64,000 bases of DNA, from the NCBI GenBank assembly GCA_030141605.1, contig JAQGDQ010000046.1, forward strand, positions 62,001 through 126,000, given 5' to 3'. Under the pieces are notes generated by a model. The model searched no databases, had not been told where the DNA came from, and was given only the letters and a program-made list of their open reading frames with translations. Below are positions 38,501 to 52,515 of this stretch, piece after piece (positions within the stretch are counted from its first letter, which is position 1; each line of letters starts with the position of its first letter). This DNA comes from Tubiluchus corallicola (taxonomy: Eukaryota; Animalia; Priapulida). A program made the translations under genes and the position numbers.

Positions 38501-41500
38501 AAATAATTCTATTTTTAACCTACAGCAAACTTTGATTCGCCTTTTTCATCTTTACGAATTTTAGAGTATCGGTCTACTTTGACAGCTAAGTAGTCGCCAG
38601 TCTTTTGCCAAAACATTTTGCTGTCGCAGACATTAAAGAGGTTCTTCACACGCAGTTCTCTCCTGTAAAGAAAGAAATCACCATTGGAAGTGGATGATGG
38701 TTATTAATCTAATGTTTTAACTCTATGCAAGCTGGTGCATGTCAGTGTCAATTACATGCATGGACAATCAGGTTGTAACAACATTTTAATAGTGACTATT
38801 ATTTTTAACTTTAACATTATGTAACTTTACAATAAGTTGCCAAACTCTAACAAATACTAAATGATAAAATTAATTACTATTTCTAACCACTAAGGTATTA
38901 CACAACAATATGAATACTGGATCGGAAAATGTTTTAGCAAAAATTTTATCTAGCAGTTACTTACAAATAACCTAAAAAGGCTACGTGAGAAACAACTTAT
39001 CGTGCTGGATGGCAATAAATTAGTTCCTACACTACATAACGAGGCAAAAATAGGCCCTCAAAAGTTTCTAAACAAATCTTACACAATCGGCATACAGACT
39101 TTAAAGATCATACTGGAAGTTCTAAAGTCTTTGTAACAAAACCAGACTCTTCTCATGCTAACTAAATTAATTACACCACAAAGACAAAGACTACTGCCAA
39201 TTCATTCTTGCATTTGGCAGACTTTGAAGAAAAGGCACCCTTGTAAGGATTTTAAAAATAAATTGGAAACAACAGTGTCTTTCTTTGACTATTTTATTTA
39301 TGGGTGCTTCAATTTCTAAAATAAAAAATATATCACCATGCCCAAGTAGCTAGCGTTACAAAGAGATAAGTACTGCAACAAAAGAGTGAAGTTTCGCTAC
39401 ATTATCAAAAAACAGCAAAATAAAAAAATGAATAAAGGCACACACATACCGGCTTGGTATTTCTACGAGTACAACACGAGCGGGTACATTGTCTTCTTCG
39501 GCTACCCAATAGGCGACTATATTGTCTGACGGCGACCATGTGAAATCCCGTAACTTGGGAATCTTTAAACTTTTCTTATCCAAAAGGCCAAATGACTGTA
39601 AAAAATATATGAGATTCCACTATTTAATAATGAGGCACAGTTTCAAACATTTTTGCTACTGGCAAAAATCAAATACATAGCAAGAGTGACTGTAGGTCTC
39701 TCTCTGCACCCCATTATTCTGGAAAATAACTTCTCATAAGTCAAAACTATACCTAAAGCTTATTTGTCTGGATATAGTGCTCAAGGATGAATGTGCTAAA
39801 ACTACTAATGCTGTGTGAATTCATGATAGCTTGTGAATAATACTGCTGGCAAAATCTCCAATGAGTTTACCAAGTGCTTTAGCTCACAATCAAAATTTTG
39901 TAAAAGTAATCAACGTAAAACTGCTTAAATATAGAAAGCACCTTGCCTAATAAGAAAACAAACACAGGTACCAAAAGAACATAATGTGGCGGCAATGTCA
40001 GACTTTGGTATTATAAAACACAAACACTTACAGGAGTTTCATATATAGACAGCATATCCTGGCCCATTCGAGCGAAGTATTTTCCATCTGGACTCCACCT
40101 GTAAAAAACAAATAACTTACATTTTGCAGCTAATGGTACTGAATGAAGGGTACTAATAGATGTGGATTGGGAAATATGCAATGACAGTTATGCACTGAAA
40201 CAAGTAGCAAATTGCATTGGAAACTGTGCACCAGCAGATATAACAGCAGCAAAAACAATGATGGTAACAAAGTTAACAGCAACAGTAGCAATGACTATAG
40301 TGGCAACAGGAAAAATAAAAGCAGTTTTATCTTTTCATATAACTTTTCATATTTAAAACATCAATTAAAATCCTAAAATTATGCAACTTCCAGAAAATGT
40401 TACGCAAATTTCACTTTGTGTTTCTGATACACATTTGACTGTGCATAGTACGTAATCTCGATGTGCGGGTTTCTTTCAGTGTGAATTTCTTGGTGCGTAG
40501 TTGACGGTGTATAACTACTAGTGCACAATTACCACACACCCATTTTCAGTTCCTAATTTATTAAAGCAATATTCATAAGCAGAAGCAGCAGCACAACCTC
40601 ATATACATAACTCAGCAAAATAATTAACCTTACTTGAAAACTGGCCATGCAGTAGCAGTTTCGCAATGAAATCCACGCTTTTTCTGACCAGTTCGAATGT
40701 TCCATATGATAATGGCTTGAGGGTCGTCCTTATTATCAGGCAAAGGACTAAATGTAACTATGTATCTGCAAAGCAAAGCAAAAATTGTTAATGATATTTT
40801 GCAAGTATTACTACAATGAAATAAAGAAATTAAAATGTTTTGCCGAAAAAACTCATAAGCCAGCCAATCAGTCAGGTTATTTCACCCAACATCCTGCTCT
40901 TTTCACAAGTTTTCTTGGAGGAGCTTACAATGAGGCTTGAAAGCAAACACCTGCCAAAAATGGCGAGATGCCCAACTGCACATGTTTACGTGTCTGTATG
41001 TCCACCCACAACATATTTCAAAAACATATAATCAAAATATAATTAAATTAAACTGCTGCATTTCTATTTGCAGAGTTCAATGTTACTTAGGAAACTTACA
41101 CAGTTCACATATCAGCCCACAAATTATCTTAAAAATAAGTATGAGTAAAATAAAATTCTAAATGATTTTTCTTAAAATTCATTAGAATGCTATGTTACTG
41201 AAGGCAAAGGTCGACGTCACAGGACAAAACGGTAAATTTTTCATTCAGCAAGATCACCGAACAAAGTGGTAAATCTTTCATTAATTACCTGTCTATGCAG
41301 CAACAATTAAATGAATTGAAAGTTGTAAATTCCTTTATTTAAAAACACAACAAATTTATTTCTTTAGTACTTTCATCAGGATGCTGACTGGCATTTGGAT
41401 GACAAAATTGGAATGATTTAGCAGCACGTCCCAGTTCAACTCTTTAAGAAATTCTTTAAATCAAAACTCGTAATTCTTTAAGAATTTCTGATGTTGTGGA

Positions 41501-44500
41501 AAGGTTTTCAAATGTTAATGAATAAAAAAATTAATAAACACACCTTTCACATGGAGAAAAGTCTATGAGCTGCACCCCAGTATGACCAAATTTCATTATC
41601 TGTTTGAAATTGTCGCCTCCCCATAATGCAATGCCTCGCGCATGAAAAGTGGCTAAATAAGTTCCTAGAGGTGACCATTTGACATACGTCTCTGTCCAGC
41701 GCTATAAAGAAATTAAGACATGAAGTAATACAACAGTTGCTTACTTACTGCTCAACCCCTTTCACTCACCATCATACTATAACAAACAGTACTATTCATT
41801 GATATGCCAATGAATACAAAAAACACAACTAGTTCCACAGAAATGAAAAAACACAAGTTGATTCATTCACAGTTGTACTTTTTTCTGTTTTGTCTACCCT
41901 TAACACAGTAAGGTAAATTTTAATGTGTAATCACTAACTTTTAGCTTAAGTTGCTAAAATTTACTTTTGACAATTGCAAATTAAAAACTTTTATAAAATA
42001 AATTTATGAAAATTACCAAGTTAATACTAAGCCAAGTAGTTTTTTTGCATTAATTTACATACTTATTTAAAAGTACAAAGTGGTTAATGAATGAGAAAAC
42101 TGCTTAATTCAAGAATTTTCGATATAAGTATTATAGTTAACACTATTCGCAACCACTACAAAGGCAATTAAGTAAGATACAATTGCAAATGTAAAAAGAA
42201 CCATTACCTGCTTAAGCATTGTAATAGCAAATGAAATAGCTGATGTCAATCCAACAGATTATGTAAGAACAATAAGAACACAGCTTAAAATAAGCTAAAA
42301 AATGAGACGACTAGCCAGACATAACTTACGCAAGCAGAAAATTGTGAAGAGAAAACACAGTTCTTTCATGCACTCCAGGTGTCAGATTAGAAGTTAAATA
42401 GAAATGAGCAGCATCATTAAAGATTTTAAAAAGGGGTCATTTTGTGTATTTATCTTCTACCAGATTCCTATGACAAATATTTCTGACAAACCTTCCTAGT
42501 TTATAGCCACTGATGCCAAAAACAGCATCTGCAACAATTAATGCTCCATTACGTTGTACTTGCTGAATAGATGCGACACAAGCTTCGCTACTATTATCCC
42601 AAATACAATTATAAAAGTCTAAAAGTGGCCGTACAAAAGTCTGGTACAAACAATACAAAGATCTTTTGTCTAAGAGAAATTTAAATTTACATATAGAATC
42701 TAGGCGCTTAGCTAGTATTTGGGTAATATATCTCTTCCACGTAAAATTACTGACAAGTAATAAACGTAGGGGTTTGTGCTGAAGGTAATCACCAATTTTA
42801 ACACCGCCAGGAAAAAGATCAGGATGAACCAGAGGATGGATTTTCCTTGAAAAAACAACAGATTCAGTTTTATTTGCATTAAAAAATGCAAGCCACAAAT
42901 CAGACCAGACATAAATTCAATTTATACCTTGCTGTGAAATGGTTGCCGAGGTTACATAGTTCTCTACAACTTAGTTCCTACAAGTCAGCAGTCTAGTGTA
43001 ATGCATGTTTACAAATTTGTCCATGTGTGCACTGGCACATAACTCATTTCCCATTCACCTTTGCATGTTTGAAATCTGACACTTGCAAGCAGCCTGTTTT
43101 GGCATACTTCGTACAATACATGATTTAAATATGGCAATAACTTTGACCTGTGAAATGTGACTAATTGAACAATTAATTTCCAAACACTATCCATGAACAC
43201 GACAGTCTTGAAACTTTTTTCTCTTTCTAAAAGGATTCCTGAGTCACACTGTTTAAAATAGTAAATATCTTAAAAGATTTCAACACGTTTGGCCTCAACT
43301 GTGAAAATTTATTAGCAGTTACCAACTACTTTTTAGAAACGAAAAAATAAAAAATCAATAACAAATGAAGGCTTACCACTCTTTCTTCTAGTTTTTTAGC
43401 CTCTTGAGGTGTATTAAGGAATATACAAGTCTTCTCTCCCGCATCAAAGATAACACTATACTGATCATAACAGTCTGGATCCAACAACCACGACCGCAAA
43501 TTACCCTGTATATTTAAAAAACAATTACCAGTAGGTAAAAATCACGAAAATGCAAGAGTAGAACAAAATTACCTGCTTTTGTGTATGTACACCAATTTAC
43601 TAAACTTGGTATGGCAAACAAACCCGGGAAAATACTATGAAATTTACCATAAAATACAATACTTACTGGATCCTTGTAAGGCTGAGGTTCTGGGGGCTCC
43701 CATTCTTCGGGAATATTTGAATATCTGCAAAAATATACGTATTCCACATAAACATGTTTTATAACAAAATTTAAAAGAATTCTGCACTTGTAAAGACAGC
43801 AAGATATATGCAATATGCAAGATACATGCAGATATATTGCAATATATGCAATAAACAATACAGGAACACACTTGGTTTTTCAATCAAAAATAAGCATCGT
43901 GAACATCATATCCTGGAATAGTAATGTCAACTTCAACAAAAACAGCTCCAACCAACTATACTTATTATTTCTACAGTAATTACATAAAAACAATTTACTT
44001 ACTTTTCAAAATCTGTTAAAAGATTTACATCAAACGTGTGAAGCTTGTCCAACTTGTATCCATTACACATTTTCACCGCTTCTTGCGCACTTCCAGGTGC
44101 AGCATATTCCAAAAACATGTAGCTATGCATATGAAAATGAAGTAATGTAAAAATAAACTATCAAAAAAGTAATGAAGTTGATACCGTGACTCAAATTTTA
44201 TTAAAATTCATTGCTATTTGATGGAGACAAAATGCTTTTATTTTTACATTGCTAAGTATATTAATTAAGAATATGTCTAATATTTAATGACATGGACACA
44301 AAATTTTCTAAATCTAATGACCTGACTTGATATTCAGCTAAACTAAAAATGTAAAATCATTGGAGCGAAAAATAACAAAAGAGTGAACACTGGATTCTAG
44401 CTTGCAGCCAACATATAAGACCGACTTCTGTTTCCGTCTAATCGTCCGAGTACTATTTTCTATCGCACACCCAGCCGGGAATTTTCTAATTTTTTTGTAC

Positions 44501-47500
44501 GTTCATATAGTTAGTTACCTGCTGCAGTCATATAAGAAATAATTTTTTAATTTAAAACGTAAAATGCAAAAATTATAATAAAATCGTTGTTCTGGCGAGG
44601 ACGCAGCCATGTTTTACTGCAGCTAACTTTCGGTCAGGGTTGCCGCATTGTATGATCAGCTGGCGGCTAAAAAGCACCGCGCTTTCAGCTAAATCATTGT
44701 ATTAACGACCGAGTAGTGTTGCCGCTAATACCTTAATTATCAGAGCATACATTCATGCCATACAAAAAGAGAATATAGTAAAGCGAAACAAAAAAGTAAA
44801 AAGCAATCCGTGAAAAAATGTGCATTAAAACATTACTGCTAGCCAGTGGGAAATAAACAAACTTTGATTTCAACTGATTTTAAATATTCTACGATTCAGC
44901 TTTAAACATTCACAAAGCTTTAAAAAAATTTTGCAAAAAAATGTTTTCCTCCCTCCCTCCCTACCTGACATCTTTTGAGCTCAGGAGGTAATATAGAAAC
45001 AAATTCTTTTTGTGGCCGGCTTAAATAAAACTCAGAAGTGTCTCAGAAAACCAGCCATAATATTATTAGCTCATGAGATTTCATCTTCTCATATTTAACA
45101 GCCAATTGACGTGCCTTTCTTGGAAACACTTCGTGTTAGCACAGTTTCAGCTTCAGTAGAAAACAGTGCTCAGCATTATCGCTAAAAAGTCAGATTTTAA
45201 CCTTTTCCCACCCCGCCTCAATCCACCTTGCTTATAGATTGCCAAACTTCTTCTATGCACAGTTCAATTCTTCTTCATGTGAGCTTTTCAAGTAATACAC
45301 TACAACACAAACTTTGCAACTGCAACCGTTTAAATGCTAACTGGTGTAACCATTTAAAAAATCTCTAACCATTTAACCATCACTAAGCCAACTTTTCTAT
45401 GTATCAGTATTATTGAAGTCTTGTATCTGAGTTGGTTAATGCAGATAGCGATGTCCCTCTTACATAAAATTGTACTATTTACACATTGTTTCAATTAATC
45501 TGGTTGCCTAAGCGTATAACAGTAAATTGTAAAAACTTTTTTACTCGCGTATGTTACGAGAATGCCGCCATTCTTGATGGTGCATGCTAGATTCGAACTG
45601 CACCACTTACAGTTTTTCTGGTGTGGTGATTCCATGATGTGTGAATAAATCATTTAAGCATGGCGTGATTCTGGGGCGGTAACTGCGTCGCAAGTATTTC
45701 TTTATAAATTGAATTTTGTTGTTCAAAAACACTCAAAAGGGTTCAAAATTTTTTCACCTGCTGCAGAAATACGAACTTGAGTGAATTTCAATGATTATAT
45801 AATGGGGTAGGTTATTTCTTCATATTAGTTCGTCATATGTATTCAATAATTTGTTCTATGTATGACGGCATCGGAAACAATTAATCGGTTGACCGACGTA
45901 ATTATAAAGCCTAAGCGTCTCGGCCCTACTAGCTACATCTTCAGACCCACCCACATACTGGCAATGTTCATTTCATTCATCACAACAGAATTTGTCTTAT
46001 GGCATACTTTTAAATGCAAATTACAAGAAACACTTTCCATATTTCCAGTCAAAAGTCACACACCTAGCACGTGTCTACCTCCAACCTACCCACACTTTTC
46101 CAAAATTCATTTTATATGTCTTACCACAAGCTTTCAAATTATATACTGCACTAGGTAGTTGCATACTTTTTTAACCAAAAATTACATTTTATAGACCCAG
46201 TGAGATTTCTCCTTCCATAGCCTCACCCACTTAACCAAAGTAAATTCATTTTCTTCCATGCACTAGAACTGCACACCCTCTATCACCCACCTAAGTTTCA
46301 GCAACCTGCTATTAAAAGCTCAGGAGAAGATAGTTTCCAAAACTTACGACAAAAAGAGATGTTTGACCTTGAACCACCCACCCAAGGTCACCAAGTATCC
46401 AAAAAGTCATTCACCCAGCCGAGCCTATTTATAAGCTTACGAAGTTCCTTTTTTCAACTCTTTATAGTTTCCTAGTTATTAAACCCCAAATAAAAGCCAA
46501 AGCAGAAATAAATAAACATGAAACTTGGGCATCCAAAAGCAAAGGTACATGAAATTTCATTTTTAACATTAAAATATCAACTACACAATAAAAAATCTAC
46601 TAAAAACAACAGGGTTATAATGAAAAACTGTTATGCACATATGCATCAGTGCTCACTGACAAAAAGGCATGAAATGTTTAGCGTCATTAAAGCGAAATTT
46701 CGTTAAATGGGGAGTCGTCACAGGAGGACTTACTGTAATTAAATTCATAAATTTCCACCTAACTAATTCGTGAAACTTATATGAAAGACTAGTGATGAGA
46801 CAAAGAATACAAGGTGCTCCAATTGCTTTAGGTTTAAATAAGAAAGACAAACCCTTTTGTCTTTCCATCAGCCTGAGGAAAAAACTCATTCACAATCTTT
46901 CCAAATTTAGAAAAGATTTTCCGAAGCACAGTTTGCAGCTTTTCTAATCTTTCTGGTCCAACTTGGGGTATATTGTCTACGACAATGCAAGATTCGACAC
47001 CATCTGTTTCTTTGGGCTTCTTCTTCAGCAAATCACCTAACAACTCTAAAAACGAAAACGAAAAGATTAAACTTTGACCAAATATCTGGCATAATCAAGG
47101 ACTACTATACACAGGACGTGCACGCTCAGATCTCTGATTCCGCCAGCGGAGGCGATCAATACTTGTATGAACGTAATCTAGAAATAGTGCGCTTTAGAGA
47201 GCAGTGATCTTGGAAATTAAAGAATGGGCGGATCGGTAGATAGCGAGTATTATTTTTCATTTAATTGGTTCTTTACATTACGGGAGAAAAGTACCAATTG
47301 TTTATTTTATGTATCAAAGGAAATTAGTGTTCATTTTTACTTCTTAAATAGCGCACTACTTTAGGCGTAAGTGTGTTTTTTTTGGGAAGGGGGGTATCAT
47401 AGGTACCACTGTTTTTAAATTACTAGATGAATGAGGAATATGTTCTATGTGTATTGTGGCATGCTATAGGTCACCATGGGGGGTAAATATGTCCAAATTA

Positions 47501-49732
47501 TTAGCACTAAATGTTAAAAATAGATCGCCTCCGCTAGCCGAATCAGAGATCTGACCGTGCACGTCCTGTTGTATAGTAGTCCTTGGGCATAATATATATA
47601 TATATATTGTAATAAATGTTGTACTAAATTATTTACAATAAATCTATAAAAAAGACATTGACGAATTGGTATTAATATATTTAGAGCATTATATTATTAT
47701 TTTATATTCTCTACTTAATTTTGTCAACTTTGCAAAAATGCAATCAAGAAACATACTTCATAAAACATATAAAGTCATAAAAAAAATAACAACTCCAGAT
47801 TTTGCTATTTTGTGAAGGGTAATACTGTGATAACAGTTAATATAATTCCTACCATAATTATTATTTCAGTCCAGCTGACCAATGATATAAATAAAAACTT
47901 AAAAACTTGTAACAGTAAGCACTAAAGAACAAAAATGCATGCAATTTTATAAAAACTAGGACTTCACTAAAAACTAGGAGTTCTAAATCAGGTGGTGAAA
48001 GTGCTATAATTAAACTGGTAACATAAAATATTTGGTCAACAAATAACTGCGATTTAAAACATTAGGTCTACAACTTCAGTAATGGTAACTTGTAAACATT
48101 TGATAAAATTAGGCCTTGTCGATAGCCAGTGTTATCTGGTACTACTTGTATGTGGTGTTCCAGAAGTAAAAAATCTAACATTGTCAGACAAATTCAATTT
48201 TTTAATATAAAAATGAATAGAGCATCTGGATACCATTTAAAACAAAAGTCTTACGATTTAACTGTGTGACAATTTTAACAAAGTTAAAACAGTTCATAAA
48301 CATATATTATATAATACATGCATTATACATACAATATGTTATAGTCTCTGCATATATGTGGGTCACATAGGCCTACTTCTGTCAAGACTGAGAAAATGCA
48401 GCAATCACTTTAAAATTGTCATGCTGGCAATAAACTAGCTAATGCTCACAATTTCAGTTCTTCTAATAGAATTTATCGTGAGGCTTCTTTTTTACAAGAT
48501 GTGCTTTTCTAACATAGGCACAAAATTTTTAGTTGTAGCCACAACTTTAAACAAGTCTTGCAGGTCTACTCTATTGAAATGTAGGTTTACAGATCTATTG
48601 AAATATACTATATCCCACTTCTCGTGCAAGTTTGGTTAAACCATGTGAATGACCGCAATTACACTTTTGCACCGCCTAGTTTTTTGTAGGTTATTACTCG
48701 TTTCTAGGCTCGTACGTCATTATTCTATTATTCTCATGTCATCAGTGAATGTTTCCGCTAATCTCGTGGAAATTTAATCATATATTTAGGTATAATTACC
48801 AATAATCACGTTGTATTCACAGTTCTACACCTATACAGTTTGTATGACCATCTTGTTTGTGTGTGTAGTCACGTGACGAATTTTGTACTAGTTTATGCAT
48901 TATCAGGGCCTAGCTTAAAAGCACGTGACACACTTTCATCTTCACCGCATTTACGAAATAAAGGAAAAACCTTTACTTTTTTTATAATCTAATAGTAATA
49001 ATACTACAGTAATAAATAAAATTAATGAAAATGATAAATAACTGCAATGGTCTAAAATAATTTCCCGCGATACGATACAAACTCCCACTGCAACCCTAAT
49101 AATCATAAATTATGCAAAGAAACTAAAAATACATGTTAAGGGCCACATCGGTTATTCACATGGAGCTTTTTGCGTAATAATATCCCACTTATTCACGTTG
49201 CCATATTGCGACGGTAAGTAATGTATGATTTTAATCTGGAATTATAAAGCCTAAAAACCAATAATATTATGGGAATATGGTGTATATTAGTATTATTACG
49301 CCTGTTGGTCTGCTTTCTGGCCTGCAGGCGTGAAAACAACCAATAGGCCAGGAAAAACTAGGCGGTGTGAAAGTGTAATAGCGCCGCGCAATTGTACTGT
49401 GCTAGTTTTGATATTTTCACCACGAGAAACGTAAAGCGCGGTGCATGGTATTTCCCACGAGATACAAAGTTAATTACTCATTAATTACAACGCTTTACTA
49501 ATAAACTTTCGCTAAATTGTTCACACGTAAGTGAACTACAAAACAAGTTAAAACTTGACTTTCGTGATTGCGAAACACAAGCGCGACTTACTGTCTTAGA
49601 AGTAAAAATTAAATGTTAATTACCTTCATCGCTAATATCGTCAACAAAATCTTCACTGTCGCTAAAATCTTCTTCGCTATCGCCTTCATAGCCGTGGTGA
49701 TTTAACCCGTCAAAATCCACTATATTGTCCAT
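35600..49732 (-). CDS. EIF3B: Eukaryotic translation initiation factor 3 subunit B (Prt1); 16 exons, 691 aa
   Basis: Exons (5'->3'): 49732-49624, 47045-46853, 44122-44003, 43724-43667, 43505-43377, 41701-41544, 40765-40634, 40098-40032, 39595-39450, 38662-38524, 38235-38163, 37803-37681, 37086-36869, 36635-36432, 36203-36095, 35697-35600 (2076 nt, phases consistent). RRM peptides [17 protein letters not shown] and TKGYMFLEY; WD40 peptides [55 protein letters not shown]. Confidence 0.98.
42437..42912 (-). mobile_element. Decayed non-LTR retrotransposon (CR1/L2-like) ORF2 C-terminal fragment in an eIF3b intron
   Basis: [14 protein letters not shown]...[18 protein letters not shown]...IQQVQR matches the post-RT region of CR1/L2-type LINEs (LY.s.vRP.LeY...vW). 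Confidence 0.8.
47096..47585. mobile_element. 490-bp non-autonomous DNA transposon (MITE), ~65-bp TIRs, 8-bp TSD (hAT or P superfamily)
   Basis: The left end CAAGGACTACTATACACAGGACGTGCACG..CAGATCTCTGATTC.G..AGCGGAGGCGATC is the reverse complement of the right end ...GTATAGTAGTCCTTG. A perfect direct repeat GGCATAAT lies at 47088-47095 and 47586-47593. Confidence 0.95.
48655..49382. mobile_element. Possible older MITE bounded by ~30-bp imperfect inverted repeats
   Basis: gcaattacacttttgcaccgcctagttttt (48655-48685) versus aaaaactaggcggtgtgaaagtgtaatagc (49353-49382). No clear TSD. Confidence 0.5.
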
Positions 49733-50008
49733 AATGACAGATTATTTTCGAATTTAGAAACATCAGCATGTGACACGTTCAGCCGCCATTATCGCTACTT
49801 CGTATGTGAAATTTTCGAGAAAGGCGCACTATTTGAAGTATGACGTTCAATTCATTGGCGTTTTTTTCTTATCGTATTTCGGCATCGACAAGCTAAGACA
49901 GGTAACACTTGGGATAGTTTACTAACACTACGTAGTCATTTCGAACGCACTCGGTTATTCGGAATTAGTGCCCTTTGTGTGCCAGACTTAAAGTTTGAGT
50001 TCTCAACT

Positions 50009-51110
50009 TCATAGGCAGAATGATACTTGCTCCCCATAAGGCCAATTGTCCAACGATGCACATCCTCCAGCTATGGGTGAATAGCTTTTGCAGTTTTCAA
50101 ATTTGACAATGTTTATACCAATTCTACCACACCACAGCTCTTCATCAGAAACTGACAATTGTACCACTTCCTTAGTTGTCAATGCATTAGGCATTGCTTC
50201 ATCTGCAATGAACTGCACATACTCGTTTGCACCATGTTTATGATTACTGGCTTCATCTACCTTTAAAAGACGCAGAGTGGATCAGCCATCTTCTGTTGTC
50301 CTAGTACGTAAACTATTTATAGTCATATGGTTGCAGTCGAAGTACTCAAAGTTCTAGCCATGCACAAGGTTTTGATCTAGGTCTGCAAATAGTTTGCAAA
50401 ACTTTTTACCCATTAACATTTCAATTTTGTGTCCATGTAACTATGCATGGAATCGTTCACTTATAGTCCGCAAATAGTTTGCAAAACATTTTTCCCATTA
50501 ATAGTTCAATTTTGTTTCCATATACATATGCATGGAATCGTTCACATACCCTGACTAGTGCTAATGACTCTTTCTCCATTTGCGAGAATCTACTGTCACA
50601 AACTGTCAAGCCACTACTTACATAGTATACTGGTTGCATTTTACCATCCTTTTCTTAGATCAGTACAGCTCCAAGACCAACAGACCCTGCATCAGCTATC
50701 ACTTGGGTGGGCATATTTTTATCGTAATAGGCCAATGTAGCAGTTTCTGCCAACCTCTGTTTCAGTAACTTGAATGCTTATTTCTGTTCTGGTCCAAATT
50801 TAAATGGCTCTTCTTGCTTGCAAGTTAGCTTGTGAAATGGTTCTAACGTAGTAACGAAATCTGGGATAAATCAGCTGCTAAGTCTTAAAAAGCTACGAAC
50901 TTTCAATGTAGTTTCCGGCTCTCGAGTATCTGTGATACCCCGTACTCACCCTTCAGTTGGACCTATACCTTTCTTGGACAGAAGTATCCCCACGAAAACT
51001 AAGTGATCCATGATGATAATACATTTGTCTGGATTCAAGGTCAAGCCAACTTCAGACAATTTCTGCATGACAGCCATCATTGTCTGTTTCCTCATCTGGA
51101 CCATGTACTA
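50009..51110 (-). mobile_element. Decayed Ty3/Gypsy LTR-retrotransposon pol fragment (RT C-terminus and RNase H)
   Basis: Frameshifted and stop-containing peptides KLSEVGLTLNPDKC, VRSFL, FKFGPEQK*AF, ADAGSVGLGAVL, PVYYVSSGLT...FSQMEKESLALVRVCERFHAYVYG. Confidence 0.9.
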
Positions 51111-52459
51111 AAGGTTTATGACATTTCAGCATAATATATTACTATCTATGTTCGTTGTGAACCCCCAATCCGTTATTCAACAAGTCTAAATATCAGATCC
51201 CGAAAATAAAAATTCTTGACCGTCTGTAATGCGCAATGGTTTTTGTTTCATATGAAAAAACTAATTTCTGAACAAACTTTTCTCAAAAGTGAATGTTTAA
51301 GACGTAAAGAAAATAGCCATGTTAACGTCTTCATAAGTATTATACTGATACTAAATATTTTTACACATGATAATGTAACCTCTCATCTAATACTAATGAC
51401 TAATACTCAAATGTAACCATTTAGGTATACACAAAATTAACATGCAACTGCCATTTAAGCCATTGTTTTTATTATTAATCATTGTTTCAAATTCATACTA
51501 TAAAAACGTATATATCCAAATACATATATATATATATACAAAAGATAATTCTCACAGAATTGGTTTATGTTAAATACGAAAATCACATGAGCTGACATAC
51601 GCGTAGACCTACTAATGCTGTACTCCGAAATTATAGTATAATTACGCCGTAATAAAATTCTAGCATTCACAATACAATAAACAATTTGTGTTATAATTAT
51701 AAACCATCAGGAAGTTAATGTTACGAAAAACTTATAAATGAAAAAATCACCGGCATTTATCACCTTATTATTGATATAGACGAGATTATACAGGCATGTT
51801 GTGAGCTTAAAAAGTAACGTTTGTCTAACTCTTTACATGCATCAGCATTATAATAGAAGAATATACATGCGAAATCAACAAATACTGATTCACATTGAAT
51901 TAATTTTTTCATAACTCATTAGAAAAAAGTGACCAGTCGCTATACGGTATCAATCACAGAAACAGCATGTCTATATCGAGACATGACTACTCTACAACTT
52001 GAAACTTATGTACAAGCAATAACTTTAATATCCTAATTTGTCTATAACATATTATTATTTATATTAATTTGTACCTTATTACTGTATGCGACCATAAATA
52101 AAATTGCTAATCCATTAATGATTATTACTAAAACGTTGCTAAGAAACATTTAAATTAGGAACTAATGTGCAAACAACACTTTCTTTGACAAAACAAATAT
52201 TCCTTTAAAAAATTTCACGGAGTAGTCTCAATCTACCATGTTCAGGGGATCGGGATTATAAATCTAATCGCTTCTACTATAATAGACTAAAACATGAAAG
52301 TGATCTAACTCAACAAAGTTAATATAGATACACCAAGAATGAAGTAAGTTCACTAAGTGGCAATCAAGGACTTCTGACCTACGGTTATCGCAACAATTAG
52401 GACAAATGTTATCAATTTACATCTAAACAAAATTCAAGTTAATTTTTTAGAAGAAGCAC

Positions 52460-52515
52460 TTAAAATCATATATCGTGACAACAGTAGTCTGTCGAAACGT
52501 TTGGCATGATTTTAA
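52460..52515 (+). other. Degenerate minimal type-I hammerhead-like motif (Penelope-like element remnant)
   Basis: A 10-bp stem TTAAAATCAT/ATGATTTTAA encloses ...TGAC-AACAG-TAGT-CTGTC-GAAACGTT, with AATAAA downstream. The CUGANGA core is mutated. Confidence 0.45.

Noticed and set aside
41245-41380. TGATGA...CTGA on the eIF3b sense strand (possible C/D snoRNA)
   Set aside because: Spacing is too long, there is no terminal stem, and no obvious rRNA-complementary guide.
44415-46440. Possible further MITEs in eIF3b intron 2 (weak terminal similarities, repeated CCCACCCA motifs)
   Set aside because: Probably TE-derived, but TIRs and TSDs are too degraded to define boundaries.
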